Shown one piece after another: positions 18,349 to 27,674 of a stretch of DNA of 64,000 nucleotides (its first letter is position 1; each line of letters begins with the position of its first letter). The DNA is from Candidatus Eiseniibacteriota bacterium. Its GTDB lineage: Bacteria; Arandabacterota; Arandabacteria; Arandabacterales; Arandabacteraceae. The notes below the pieces were generated by a model, which saw only the letters and a list, made by a program, of their open reading frames with translations, was not told the origin of the DNA and searched no databases. Where the stretch lies: the NCBI GenBank assembly GCA_043810925.1, contig JBDRNT010000171.1:8466-72465 (forward strand). The letters are read 5' to 3'. The translations under genes were made by a program, and so were the position numbers.

Positions 18349-18422
18349 GCAGCAGGCGGAGCCTTTCGGTATGCAAGCGAATGCCTCTCTTGAGCAAGCG
18401 GACCGAAGGGCAGGCCGGCAAC
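18349..18422. repeat. Palindromic intergenic repeat, family B copy 1
   Basis: gcctttcggt..accgaagggc stem; reverse complement aligns with 57464-57532 (cgcttgctca..aggcattc.cttgc core). Confidence 0.65.
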
Positions 18423-18444
18423 GGTCGGATTAAGGAGGACTGAG

Positions 18445-19446
18445 ATGTACGAAGGCATGAAGGTACTGGTCACAGGCGGCACGGGGATGATTGGAGTCGA
18501 AGTGGTGAAGTTACTGCTGGAGCGGGGAGCAGGCGTCCGCGTCGCGTCGTTGGACGACCCTTCGCGCGCACCTCGAGATGTTGAGTTCATACGCGGCAAT
18601 CTCACGGACTGGGAATTCTGTCAGAAGATCACAAGAGGCATGGACTGCGTCTTTCACCTGGCAGGAATAAAGGGATCCGTCGGCATCGGGAACTCCAAAG
18701 CAGCAAGTTTCTTCGTTCCGCATCTTCTGATGAACACTCTGATGATGGAAGCAGCCCGACAGGCGGGGGCGGATCGTTACCTCTATACCAGCAGTATAGC
18801 CGTTTACCATCCCACCGATGTCTTTGTGGAGGACAGGGCATGGGACGGACCACCCCATCAGACGGACAGGTATGGTGCCTGGGCCAAGCGGATGGGAGAG
18901 CTGCAGGCGGAGGCCTACAAGGAAGAGTACGGCTGGGACAGGATCGCCATAGTGCGGCCCGCCAACGTGTACGGACCCTACGACAATTTCGATTCTAAGA
19001 CTGCGATGGTCGTGCCGGCGGTGATCAGCCGCGTGGCCGCGGGTGAAAACCCGCTGGTTGTATGGGGTGACGGTTCGGCAATACGGGATTTCATTTATGC
19101 CCGGGACTGCGCGGAGGGCATGTTGCTGGCCATGGAGAAGGGGGCGAATTGCACACCGGTCAACCTGGGTAGCGGCAAAGGGGCGTCGATCAGGGAGTTG
19201 GTGGAAGCGGTTGTGGCCGCCTTCGACAACCCGCCCGAGGTGAAATGGGATACAAGCAAGCCGGCAGGCCAGAGCGTTCGTCTGATGGATATGACCAGGG
19301 CCCGCGAGATGCTGGGTTTCAAAGCGCGCACATCGCTTAAGCAGGGCGTACAGGAGACCGTAGCATGGTACCTGGCAAACACCGAACTTGCAGGCAACAG
19401 GTTCAATGTGTTTCACGAGTCAGACTTCATGGCGGTCAAGAGATAG
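18445..19446 (+). CDS. NAD(P)-dependent SDR, GDP-L-fucose synthase-like epimerase/reductase
   Basis: SD aaggagg; TGGTGMIG, RPANVYGPYDNF, VWGDGSAIRDFIY. Confidence 0.8.
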   Translation: MYEGMKVLVTGGTGMIGVEVVKLLLERGAGVRVASLDDPSRAPRDVEFIRGNLTDWEFCQKITRGMDCVFHLAGIKGSVGIGNSKAASFFVPHLLMNTLMMEAARQAGADRYLYTSSIAVYHPTDVFVEDRAWDGPPHQTDRYGAWAKRMGELQAEAYKEEYGWDRIAIVRPANVYGPYDNFDSKTAMVVPAVISRVAAGENPLVVWGDGSAIRDFIYARDCAEGMLLAMEKGANCTPVNLGSGKGASIRELVEAVVAAFDNPPEVKWDTSKPAGQSVRLMDMTRAREMLGFKARTSLKQGVQETVAWYLANTELAGNRFNVFHESDFMAVKR

Positions 19447-19448
19447 CA

Positions 19449-20234
19449 GTGAGAATCCTCACGAGCGGCGCGCTGAGCGGTCTCGGCAAACATCTGTACG
19501 AAAGGTTCGGCGGTCTTGCCTGGACCAGGCAACTGCCGGCCCACGACCGCGAGGAGATCAAGCGTGAAGGCGTTGATGTTGTGTTCCACTGTGCGGCGAC
19601 TTCACGCCGGCCGGTCACCTCGGATGATCTCTATGAGTACATCGCGGACAACGTACTGCTCACGGAGGAACTGGTCTCGGTTCCCCATCGGAAGTTCGTA
19701 TTCGTATCTTCCGTTGATGTCTATCCGTGCGGGCATGAGCCCCGCTCTGAAAACAGTGTGATCGATGTGGACACTGTGAGAGGGATCTACGGCAAGACAA
19801 AACTGATGTCTGAAGCAATAGTCCAGCGGCACTGTCCCGATCACCTGATCCTGCGATGTGTCGCTCTATTAGGCGAACACGCACGTAAGAACAGCCTGAC
19901 ACGGATTCTGGACGACGACTCCTGCACCCTGACTCTCTCAGGAGATTCGCAGTTCAACTACGTTCTCCACGAGGATGTTTCAGAGTTCATAGAGTCTGCG
20001 GTGAAGAACGATGTCCGGGGGATATACAATGTTGCGTCAAGTGAGAACGTGACGCTCTCAGAAGTCGTCGACATCTTCAACAGACGAGTCGATTTCGGAG
20101 CGTACCGTTACGCCATCAGCGATGTTGACAACAAGCGGATAGCGTCGATCTTCCCCGCGTTCAGAAAGACTTCCAAAGAGGTCGTAGCCCGTTTCGCGCG
20201 CGAGCGTGCCGGAAGGAGGCAAAGATGCAGTTAA
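19449..20234 (+). CDS. Short atypical NAD(P)-dependent SDR
   Basis: GTG 19449; ILTSGALSGLGK, VSSVDVY, YGKTKLMSE. Confidence 0.7.
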   Translation: MRILTSGALSGLGKHLYERFGGLAWTRQLPAHDREEIKREGVDVVFHCAATSRRPVTSDDLYEYIADNVLLTEELVSVPHRKFVFVSSVDVYPCGHEPRSENSVIDVDTVRGIYGKTKLMSEAIVQRHCPDHLILRCVALLGEHARKNSLTRILDDDSCTLTLSGDSQFNYVLHEDVSEFIESAVKNDVRGIYNVASSENVTLSEVVDIFNRRVDFGAYRYAISDVDNKRIASIFPAFRKTSKEVVARFARERAGRRQRCS

Positions 20235-21220
20235 AAAACCAAGCCGTGCTGGTAACAGGTGCTACCGGTCTGGTGGGCAGCAATCTGATCAAGCGCCTGC
20301 TCGACGAGGGAGCGAATGTCCGTGCCACAGTACACAGCAAACCGCCTGTCATCGACGATGACAGGATCGACTATGTCCGTTCGGACCTTACGAGAGACGA
20401 GGATTGCCGGGCGGTCGTTGAGGGCCAGCGCTTCGTCTTTATGTGTGCGGCAAGCACTTCCGGTGCGGCCACGATTGCCGCCACTCCGATGGTGCACGTG
20501 GTGCCCAACGTTGTGATGAACACGCAGATGCTCGAGGCAGCATACCAGGCAGGCGTTGAGAAGTTCTTGTGGTTGAGCAGCACGACGGGTTATCCGCCAT
20601 CCAGTTACCGGCCGGTCAGCGAAGACGACATGTTCGACGGTGAACCGTTCGAGAAGTACTTCTTCGTGGGCTGGATGAAGCGGTTTACGGAAGTACTCTG
20701 CCGTATGTACGGGGAGAAACTGCCGAAGCCGATGACCACAATCGCACTCCGGCCGACCAACATCTACGGCCCCAATGATGACTTCGAACCTGCAACCTCA
20801 CACGTCACGGCGGCCTTGATCAGGAAAGTCGTGGAGCGTCAGAGTCCGATCGAGGTCTGGGGCACGGGTGACGACATCCGTGACGTGATCTATATCGATG
20901 ACATGGTGGAAGCCATGGTCAAGGCCATGGAGAAGATCGAGTCGTACACGGCGATCAACATCGGGCTGGGCAAAGCCTACAGCGTCAAGGAAATCCTCAG
21001 TACCTTACTCGAGCAAGACGGTTACCCGGACGCGAAGGTCGTGTTCAACTCGTCAAAGCCGACGATGATACCTGTCCGCTTGATTGACACGAGTAAGGCC
21101 GAGACCCTATTGGGTTTCAAGGCAAAGACAGATCTTGTTGAAGGTATCCAGAAGACCCTTGAGTGGTTCCGGGACGCCAAGAGTGTCCCAAGACCGTGCG
21201 GCGCATTGAGGGAGAAGTAA
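20225..21220 (+). CDS. NAD(P)-dependent SDR, GDP-L-fucose synthase-like epimerase/reductase
   Basis: TGATGLVGS, RPTNIYGPNDDF..SHV, VWGTGDDIRD. Confidence 0.8.
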   Translation: MQLKNQAVLVTGATGLVGSNLIKRLLDEGANVRATVHSKPPVIDDDRIDYVRSDLTRDEDCRAVVEGQRFVFMCAASTSGAATIAATPMVHVVPNVVMNTQMLEAAYQAGVEKFLWLSSTTGYPPSSYRPVSEDDMFDGEPFEKYFFVGWMKRFTEVLCRMYGEKLPKPMTTIALRPTNIYGPNDDFEPATSHVTAALIRKVVERQSPIEVWGTGDDIRDVIYIDDMVEAMVKAMEKIESYTAINIGLGKAYSVKEILSTLLEQDGYPDAKVVFNSSKPTMIPVRLIDTSKAETLLGFKAKTDLVEGIQKTLEWFRDAKSVPRPCGALREK

Positions 21221-21221
21221 A

Positions 21222-22808
21222 ATGAGTGGGCCCAACCTTGCCGTCCACCACCGCCCCGCGAGTGGGATATCCGTGTCACCACAAGCTGACAAACCTGAAG
21301 TCCTGCTGATCCAGCCTGGTGAAGAGACAGACTACTATCTGATCCCGATGGGTTTGCTGTACGTGGCGCAGGCGCTGAGAGAGGCCGGTGTGGAGGTCAC
21401 GATATTCGACATGAGAAAGAGCCGCATCACGGACCTACCGCTGCGCCGCTACCTTTTCGCCGGAATCACCATGATGACCGGGAAGATGATAAAGCATGGC
21501 CTGAGGGCCGCAAGGATGATCAGAGAGTACGATCCCCGGATTCCCATCGTTCTGGGGGGCGTGCACCCATCCATGTTGCCGGAGCAAACACTGCGGCATG
21601 AACTGGCTGATATCGTCGTTGTAGGTGAGGGTGAGGAGACCGCCAAAGAGATTGCGAGGAGCTTGCTTGGTGACGGAGATCTGTCGGAGATCAAAGGCAT
21701 AGGCTACAAAGGCAACGGGAACCCCATCACCATGAACCCGCGCAGAGAATTCATCGATCTGAACGAAACCAGTATGGATTTGCCCCACGATCTACTGGGA
21801 ATCGATTTCCAAGGGGCCCGCGCATTTCCCATAAATACCAGCCGGGGATGCCCTTACCGCTGTGGGTTCTGTTATAACCAGTCCTTCAACAAAAGGAGTT
21901 TTCGCTACAAGAGTGCCACGCGAATCGTCGATGAAGTTGAATACTACATCAAGAAGTACGATATCCCTTCATTCAGCTTCGGCTTTGAAGACGAGTTCTT
22001 CAGCAAACCCAGCAGGGTCCGCGAGATGGCCGACCTGATTCTGAGCAGAGACTTGAAGATCACCTGGGGATCGTTCTGCCGTTTTGACTCGTTTGAGAAA
22101 ATCGACGATCACTCCTTGAAGTTGCTGAAGAGATCGGGGTGCAAATCCCTGTTCTTCGGAGCAGAGTCGGGCTCACAGAGGATCCTCGATGAGGTCATCA
22201 AAAAAGACATCACCACTGAACAGGTGGTACGCGGGGTTGAGAGGCTCAAGAGGGCGGATATCTTCCATCTCGTGAGCTTCATGTGCTGCCTACCGACGGA
22301 AACTCAAGAGGACCTTGATGCCACCTTCGCGCTCATCGACAGAATAGCCGAGAACAACTCGAAACTGTTCATCAATGGAATCTTTGTCTACTTCCCAATC
22401 CCCGGCACACCTCTGTTCGACATGGTAAAGAACGGATACGACCTCGAGTTTCCCGATTGCCTGGAAGGGTGGGCGGAATACGAGATGCCCAGTGCTTCGA
22501 TCTCGCGCATTCCCTGGCACCCGGCCAAGTATGCCAGGCGATGCCGGAACCTCTACCAGATGTCGCTTTATCCCTTTCACCACGATATCACATCCTACGG
22601 CGCGTACAGGCAGTTGACCACTACCCACACCAGCTACCGCCGCTCCTACGTCCATTACCTGATGGCCCGGATGCAACGGTGGCGCTGGAAGAACAGGAAT
22701 CTTGAATTCCCCCTGGAACTCTTGATGTCCGAGAAGATCAGGGAGATGACTCCTGCACTGAGGAGGGGCTACCGCATGGCCAAGAAGGTCCGTGCACACT
22801 TAAGATAA
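21222..22808 (+). CDS. Cobalamin-binding radical SAM protein (class B methyltransferase-like)
   Basis: PMGLLYVA, GGVHPS, GEGEET B12 domain; SRGCPYRCGFC CxxxCxxC motif; GAESGS. Confidence 0.9.
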   Translation: MSGPNLAVHHRPASGISVSPQADKPEVLLIQPGEETDYYLIPMGLLYVAQALREAGVEVTIFDMRKSRITDLPLRRYLFAGITMMTGKMIKHGLRAARMIREYDPRIPIVLGGVHPSMLPEQTLRHELADIVVVGEGEETAKEIARSLLGDGDLSEIKGIGYKGNGNPITMNPRREFIDLNETSMDLPHDLLGIDFQGARAFPINTSRGCPYRCGFCYNQSFNKRSFRYKSATRIVDEVEYYIKKYDIPSFSFGFEDEFFSKPSRVREMADLILSRDLKITWGSFCRFDSFEKIDDHSLKLLKRSGCKSLFFGAESGSQRILDEVIKKDITTEQVVRGVERLKRADIFHLVSFMCCLPTETQEDLDATFALIDRIAENNSKLFINGIFVYFPIPGTPLFDMVKNGYDLEFPDCLEGWAEYEMPSASISRIPWHPAKYARRCRNLYQMSLYPFHHDITSYGAYRQLTTTHTSYRRSYVHYLMARMQRWRWKNRNLEFPLELLMSEKIREMTPALRRGYRMAKKVRAHLR

Positions 22809-22811
22809 ACC

Positions 22812-24251
22812 ATGAACTTACCAAGGAAAATAGCCGCCAACAGCGGTGTCCTGCTCGCAGGCAGGATCGCTACGAGCGCGATCTCGCTCCTCGTGAGCAT
22901 CTGGCTGATCCGGTATCTCGGAAGCATCGGATATGGCAGGTACAGCGTGGTCTTCGCATATCTCACGTTCTTCCGGATACTGACCGCTCTCGGTGTCGAT
23001 CCCATCATCATTAGGGAGATCTCCAAGGGCAATGCGAGGAAAAACGTGCTGATCGGTAATGCGATTCTCATGAAGATGAGCTTTTCTCTCATCGCAGTTC
23101 TGAGTGCGTGTGTGGTAGCACAGTTCATGGGCTACGGCAGCGAGATAAAGCTGCTTATCTATGTCGCCTCATTCAGCATGCTTTTGAGTTTCGGGCGCGT
23201 GTATGTGGACATCTTCCAGGCCAACCTGAAGATCGTTTGGTATACGATAGCCGAACTGGCCGTCACACTGCTTTTCTCAGGGCTTACGTTGATGGTCATC
23301 GCCATGAAGGGCTCGCTGCTTCACTTCGTGCTATTGCAGACGGTCAGGATCGTCCCTCTCACCGTTGCCTATTTCCACTTCTCGAGGAGGATCGCCGACA
23401 GCCGCCCGGTCTTCACACTGGATTTCAGTGTCTGGAAAAGTCTGACCAGGAGTGCCATGCCGATTTTCCTATCGGGGCTCTTCGGTTCGATAAACTTGAG
23501 AATCGATCAGGTCATGCTGTTCAACATGTTGGGTGAGAAGAACCTCGGGTTCTACTCCTCGATTGTGCGAATAACCGAAAGCGTGAATCTCATGCCCGGT
23601 GTGTTGATGGTCTCCATATTCCCTGTGCTCTCCACGGCATTCGTGCAATCGAATGAACGATTCTCAAAGATCTATAATCTCTCCTTCAAGTACATGGGCA
23701 TGATCATCCTTCCTGTTGCGTTCGGAACGACGCTGCTGTCCGGAAGGCTGATCACCATCGTTTACGGAACCGAGTTTCTCCCTGCCGCCACCGCGTTCGC
23801 AATCCTGATATGGTCCGCCGTATTCGTGTTCCTGGGGACCGTGAATTTCAACATTCTGGTCGCTTCGGATCTGCAGAGATACATTCTCTTGTTCAGTGCA
23901 CTCGGCGCTTCCTCAAATGTCGTATTGAATCTGATCTTGATACCCAGGTACGGCATTGTCGGAGCGTCTCTGGCAACGGTGATTTCATACAGTGTTGTGG
24001 GTCTTGTCCCCCAGTACCTGATCAAGAAGACGCGACAGATCACAAAGGACTATATCAAAGCAACGTTAAGACCACTTCTCTGCTCCGCTGTTATGAGCAT
24101 CGGCATACTCTGTTTCTATTCTCTAAACACATTTGTCCTGATAGCACTCAGTGCGGCAGTCTACTTCGCTTTGCTCCTGCTCACAAAAGCTCTTGATGAG
24201 CACGATTTCCGGTATTTCAGGCAGATTGCGCGAAGGCGCTCGGAGACCTAG
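22812..24251 (+). CDS. wzx: Polysaccharide flippase (Wzx)
   Basis: About 14 TM segments; RYLG..GYG, RIDQVML, LNLILIPRYGIVGASLAT. Confidence 0.9.
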   Translation: MNLPRKIAANSGVLLAGRIATSAISLLVSIWLIRYLGSIGYGRYSVVFAYLTFFRILTALGVDPIIIREISKGNARKNVLIGNAILMKMSFSLIAVLSACVVAQFMGYGSEIKLLIYVASFSMLLSFGRVYVDIFQANLKIVWYTIAELAVTLLFSGLTLMVIAMKGSLLHFVLLQTVRIVPLTVAYFHFSRRIADSRPVFTLDFSVWKSLTRSAMPIFLSGLFGSINLRIDQVMLFNMLGEKNLGFYSSIVRITESVNLMPGVLMVSIFPVLSTAFVQSNERFSKIYNLSFKYMGMIILPVAFGTTLLSGRLITIVYGTEFLPAATAFAILIWSAVFVFLGTVNFNILVASDLQRYILLFSALGASSNVVLNLILIPRYGIVGASLATVISYSVVGLVPQYLIKKTRQITKDYIKATLRPLLCSAVMSIGILCFYSLNTFVLIALSAAVYFALLLLTKALDEHDFRYFRQIARRRSET

Positions 24252-24263
24252 GATGGGAGAGTT

Positions 24264-25439
24264 TTGCGAATAGCATTCTTGATGTACAGCTTCGAAGACC
24301 TGGCAACTACATCAATGTCATTCTGGCTAAGCCGGGAGTTGGTCAAACGCGGGCATGAGGTGACCTTCGTTGCCCTTTCACGCAAGCACCGCTTCCGGTC
24401 CGAGACACAGGTCCGTGACGGCGTGCGTGTGCTGCTCACGCCCCGGGGAATCACCGGGCGCTTCCACTACGACGGCTGGGGACCCCATGACATCCTGACC
24501 CGGCTTCTTCATCTCACCAGTGAAACTTATGATGTCCTTGTTACAGCGGATTGCCGCGCCAATGTGTATCTCCCCTTCCGCATCATGAAGCGTAACGGCA
24601 TGCTCCGGATCGCACTCTGGTATGACCGGTGGGGTGACGGCGGTCTGGCGTCCGGCGCCAGCAGATTCGGCTTCCAACAGCGGCTCGAGGCCGGCTGGGA
24701 GAAAGCGCTTGTACAGAAGGCGGCCGGCGTGATCACGACAAGCCGGATGCTTCTCGATCTTGGAAAGGAGTGGGGGGTTCCGGACTCGAGAATCCGGTGT
24801 ATTCCCCACGGTTCTCCCGTTGACATGATCCAGGTTGTTCCCAGGAAGGAAGCGCGCAGACGCACCGGGTTGGAGGCCGGTGGCCCGGTGATCGGATACA
24901 TGGGACACACACTCGAGCAGATCCCCGCGTTCTTCCCGAGCTTCAAGCAGGTGATCCACCGTCACCCGAATACTGTGTTCCTGTGTTTGGGCTCGTGTGT
25001 GACCGAACGCAGCAAGGTGGAACGGGCCGGATTGGGACGGCACTTTCACTTCACAGGATTTGTCCCGGCGGATGAACTCCAAGACTGGTTGGCATGTGCC
25101 GACCTCTTCTTGATCCCGGTTGTACAGGGTTCCGTCAATGATTACTACAGGTACCCCGGAAAACTCGGCGAGTACGCCGCTGCCGGCCGCCCTATTGTCG
25201 CCCCTGACGTGGGAGAGACAGGACGGCTTATCAAGGAGGAAGGTATAGGAGTGGTCGCCTGTGCCGATCTCGCGGATCTCGGAGACCGGATCTGCGAGCT
25301 GATTGAAGATCCCGAACTGGCAGACCGATTGGGAATGCGCGCGCGAAGGCTGGCGGAAGAGCGTCTCGCCTGGCCGGTTCTGGCAGACCGCTTTGAAGAG
25401 TTCATTGAACAGGTGTCCAAAGACAGGAAAGGCTGGTGA
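24264..25439 (+). CDS. Glycosyltransferase family 4
   Basis: RGHEVT, FTGFVP, PGKLGEYAAAGRPIV; TTG start after gggaga. Confidence 0.85.
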   Translation: MRIAFLMYSFEDLATTSMSFWLSRELVKRGHEVTFVALSRKHRFRSETQVRDGVRVLLTPRGITGRFHYDGWGPHDILTRLLHLTSETYDVLVTADCRANVYLPFRIMKRNGMLRIALWYDRWGDGGLASGASRFGFQQRLEAGWEKALVQKAAGVITTSRMLLDLGKEWGVPDSRIRCIPHGSPVDMIQVVPRKEARRRTGLEAGGPVIGYMGHTLEQIPAFFPSFKQVIHRHPNTVFLCLGSCVTERSKVERAGLGRHFHFTGFVPADELQDWLACADLFLIPVVQGSVNDYYRYPGKLGEYAAAGRPIVAPDVGETGRLIKEEGIGVVACADLADLGDRICELIEDPELADRLGMRARRLAEERLAWPVLADRFEEFIEQVSKDRKGW

Positions 25440-26488
25440 TTGAGTTGACCCGTATAGCAGTGATCGGTTGCGGCCGGTGGGGCCCCCACCATATTCGAAA
25501 CTTCAACTCGCTTCAAGAAGCCAAGGTTGTAACAGTCGTTGATTCAGACCCGGCAAGGCTCGCCCATGTATGCGACCTCTACACGGGGATCGGGTACAGG
25601 ACGGATTGTCGTGGGGTGTTCGAAGACCCCCAGGTAGACGCGGTGGTGGTCGCTACTCCCACCAGTACGCACTACGAACTGGTGCATGAAGCCCTGATGG
25701 CGGACAAGCATGTCCTGTGCGAGAAGCCACTGTGCAAAACCTCAGAGCAGGCAATCGAACTGGCGGAACTCGCGCGGTCACGAGACCGCATCCTCATGGT
25801 CGGACACGTGTTTCTGTTCAACTCGGGCATCGCGAAGCTCAAGGAGATCATCGACAGCGGCACCCTGGGAGAGATGTACTACATGTCGGCCGTACGTACA
25901 AACCTGGGACCGATTCGCGACGACGTCGACGTGGCCTACGACCTCGCCACGCACGACATCTCGATCTTCAACTGGCTGCTCGGCTCAGAACCCGAGTCCG
26001 TGTCTGCCACCGGAGGCTCGTTCATCCAGCCGGGCATTGAAGATGCGGTGTTCCTGTCACTGAAGTACCCGGGCAATGTGATTGCCAACATACAGGCCAG
26101 CTGGCTCAACCCCAAGAAGGTGAGACAAATCACCACCGTGGGGAGTAAGAAGATGGTCACGTGGGACGATCTTGATCTCAACACGCCGGTCGCAATCTAC
26201 GACCGCGGTGCCAATGCCAAGAACGGGCACGGAGACTACGGGGAGTTCCTCAGAATATCCATGTGGGACGGAGACGTCAGTCTTCCCAAGGTCCGAGTGG
26301 ATGAGCCCCTGAAGTCGCAGAACAAGTACTTCCTGGATGCAATAGAACGCGGCACCGTTGAGCGGTCCGACGGTAAGTTCGCGGTGGGCGTGATGAAGGT
26401 CCTCGAAGCGACCAGCGAATCGCTCAAACGAGACGGGAGTTCAGTGCAGATCGTCTCAGCAGTCCCGGACCCGGTGCTCACCGGATAA
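25436..26488 (+). CDS. Gfo/Idh/MocA-family NAD-dependent sugar oxidoreductase (WbpB/WlbA-like)
   Basis: IGCGRWG, ATPTSTH, VLCEKP, DLATHD. Confidence 0.85.
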   Translation: MIELTRIAVIGCGRWGPHHIRNFNSLQEAKVVTVVDSDPARLAHVCDLYTGIGYRTDCRGVFEDPQVDAVVVATPTSTHYELVHEALMADKHVLCEKPLCKTSEQAIELAELARSRDRILMVGHVFLFNSGIAKLKEIIDSGTLGEMYYMSAVRTNLGPIRDDVDVAYDLATHDISIFNWLLGSEPESVSATGGSFIQPGIEDAVFLSLKYPGNVIANIQASWLNPKKVRQITTVGSKKMVTWDDLDLNTPVAIYDRGANAKNGHGDYGEFLRISMWDGDVSLPKVRVDEPLKSQNKYFLDAIERGTVERSDGKFAVGVMKVLEATSESLKRDGSSVQIVSAVPDPVLTG

Positions 26489-26510
26489 ACAATATCAACG
26501 GAGGGTTAGC

Positions 26511-27674
26511 ATGACTGTCATTCCGTTTGTCGATCTTGGCGCGCAGTACCGCGCCACCGAATCGGGAGTGAACTCAGCCGTAAACAAAGCAATCTCAGAC
26601 TGCAGCTACATCCTGGGCCCAAGCGTGGAAGAGTTTGAAGAGGCCTTTGCCGCGTTCATAGGGGTTAAGCACGCTGTCGGTGTTGGAAGCGGGCTGGACG
26701 CCCTGCGTCTCGCTTTGATGGCGCTTGATATCGGTCCCGGTGACGAGGTGATCCTCCCCGCCAACACATATATCGCAACTGCACTCGCGGTATCGGCGCT
26801 CGGCGCAAGGCCGGTGCTCGTGGATTGTGACCCTAAAACCTACAACATGGACACGGAGTTGATCGAAAGAGCGATCACGTCCCGCACACGCGTGCTGATT
26901 CCGGTCCACCTGACAGGCCAGGCGGCGGATATGGACAGGATTCTTGCGATAGCCGACGCGCACGGCCTCAAGGTCGTTGAGGATGCCGCCCAGGCGCATG
27001 GAGCTGTCTACAAAGGGAAGTGCTGCGGCTCGATGGGATTGGCCGGATGCTTCAGCTTCTACCCGTCCAAGAACCTGGGAGCCTGTGGAGACGGCGGTAT
27101 CGTCACAACCAATGATGACGAACTGGCCGCACGACTCAGGTGTCTTCGCAACTACGGTCAGAAGGCAAAACACGATCACGTAGAGAAGGGGCTGAACACA
27201 CGCCTGGACACCATGCAGGCCGCCATCCTCAACGTGAAGCTGCCGCTTCTGGCCGAATGGAATGCGATGCGGGCGAGGCACGCCGAGAAATACAGAGAGA
27301 GGCTGACCGGCGTCGGTGACATAACGTTCCAGGCCCCGGCCCCCCACTCCACCCACATCTATCACCTGTTCATCATCGAGACGGAACAGCGCGACGCGCT
27401 GGCCCATCACCTGAACACCCTGGGTGTTCAGACCGGCATACACTATCCCAGACCGATCCATCTCCAGACGGCCTACGCCGATCTCGGGTACAAGGAAGGG
27501 GATTTCCCCCACACCGAGAAGTGCGCGAAACGGATGCTGTCGCTGCCGATGTTCCCTCAGCTTCACGAAGAACAGATCCACTATGTCACGGAGCAGATTG
27601 CGCAATTCTTTGAGGCGTCATCTGCCAACCGCCGGTCCGTAGCCGTGGCGCAGGAAGGGCAGTCTACCAGGTGA
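26511..27674 (+). CDS. DegT/DnrJ/EryC1/StrS aminotransferase (WbpE/FdtB-like)
   Basis: EDAAQAHGA, FSFYPSKNLG with catalytic Lys, NTRLD, LSLPMFP. Confidence 0.92.
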   Translation: MTVIPFVDLGAQYRATESGVNSAVNKAISDCSYILGPSVEEFEEAFAAFIGVKHAVGVGSGLDALRLALMALDIGPGDEVILPANTYIATALAVSALGARPVLVDCDPKTYNMDTELIERAITSRTRVLIPVHLTGQAADMDRILAIADAHGLKVVEDAAQAHGAVYKGKCCGSMGLAGCFSFYPSKNLGACGDGGIVTTNDDELAARLRCLRNYGQKAKHDHVEKGLNTRLDTMQAAILNVKLPLLAEWNAMRARHAEKYRERLTGVGDITFQAPAPHSTHIYHLFIIETEQRDALAHHLNTLGVQTGIHYPRPIHLQTAYADLGYKEGDFPHTEKCAKRMLSLPMFPQLHEEQIHYVTEQIAQFFEASSANRRSVAVAQEGQSTR

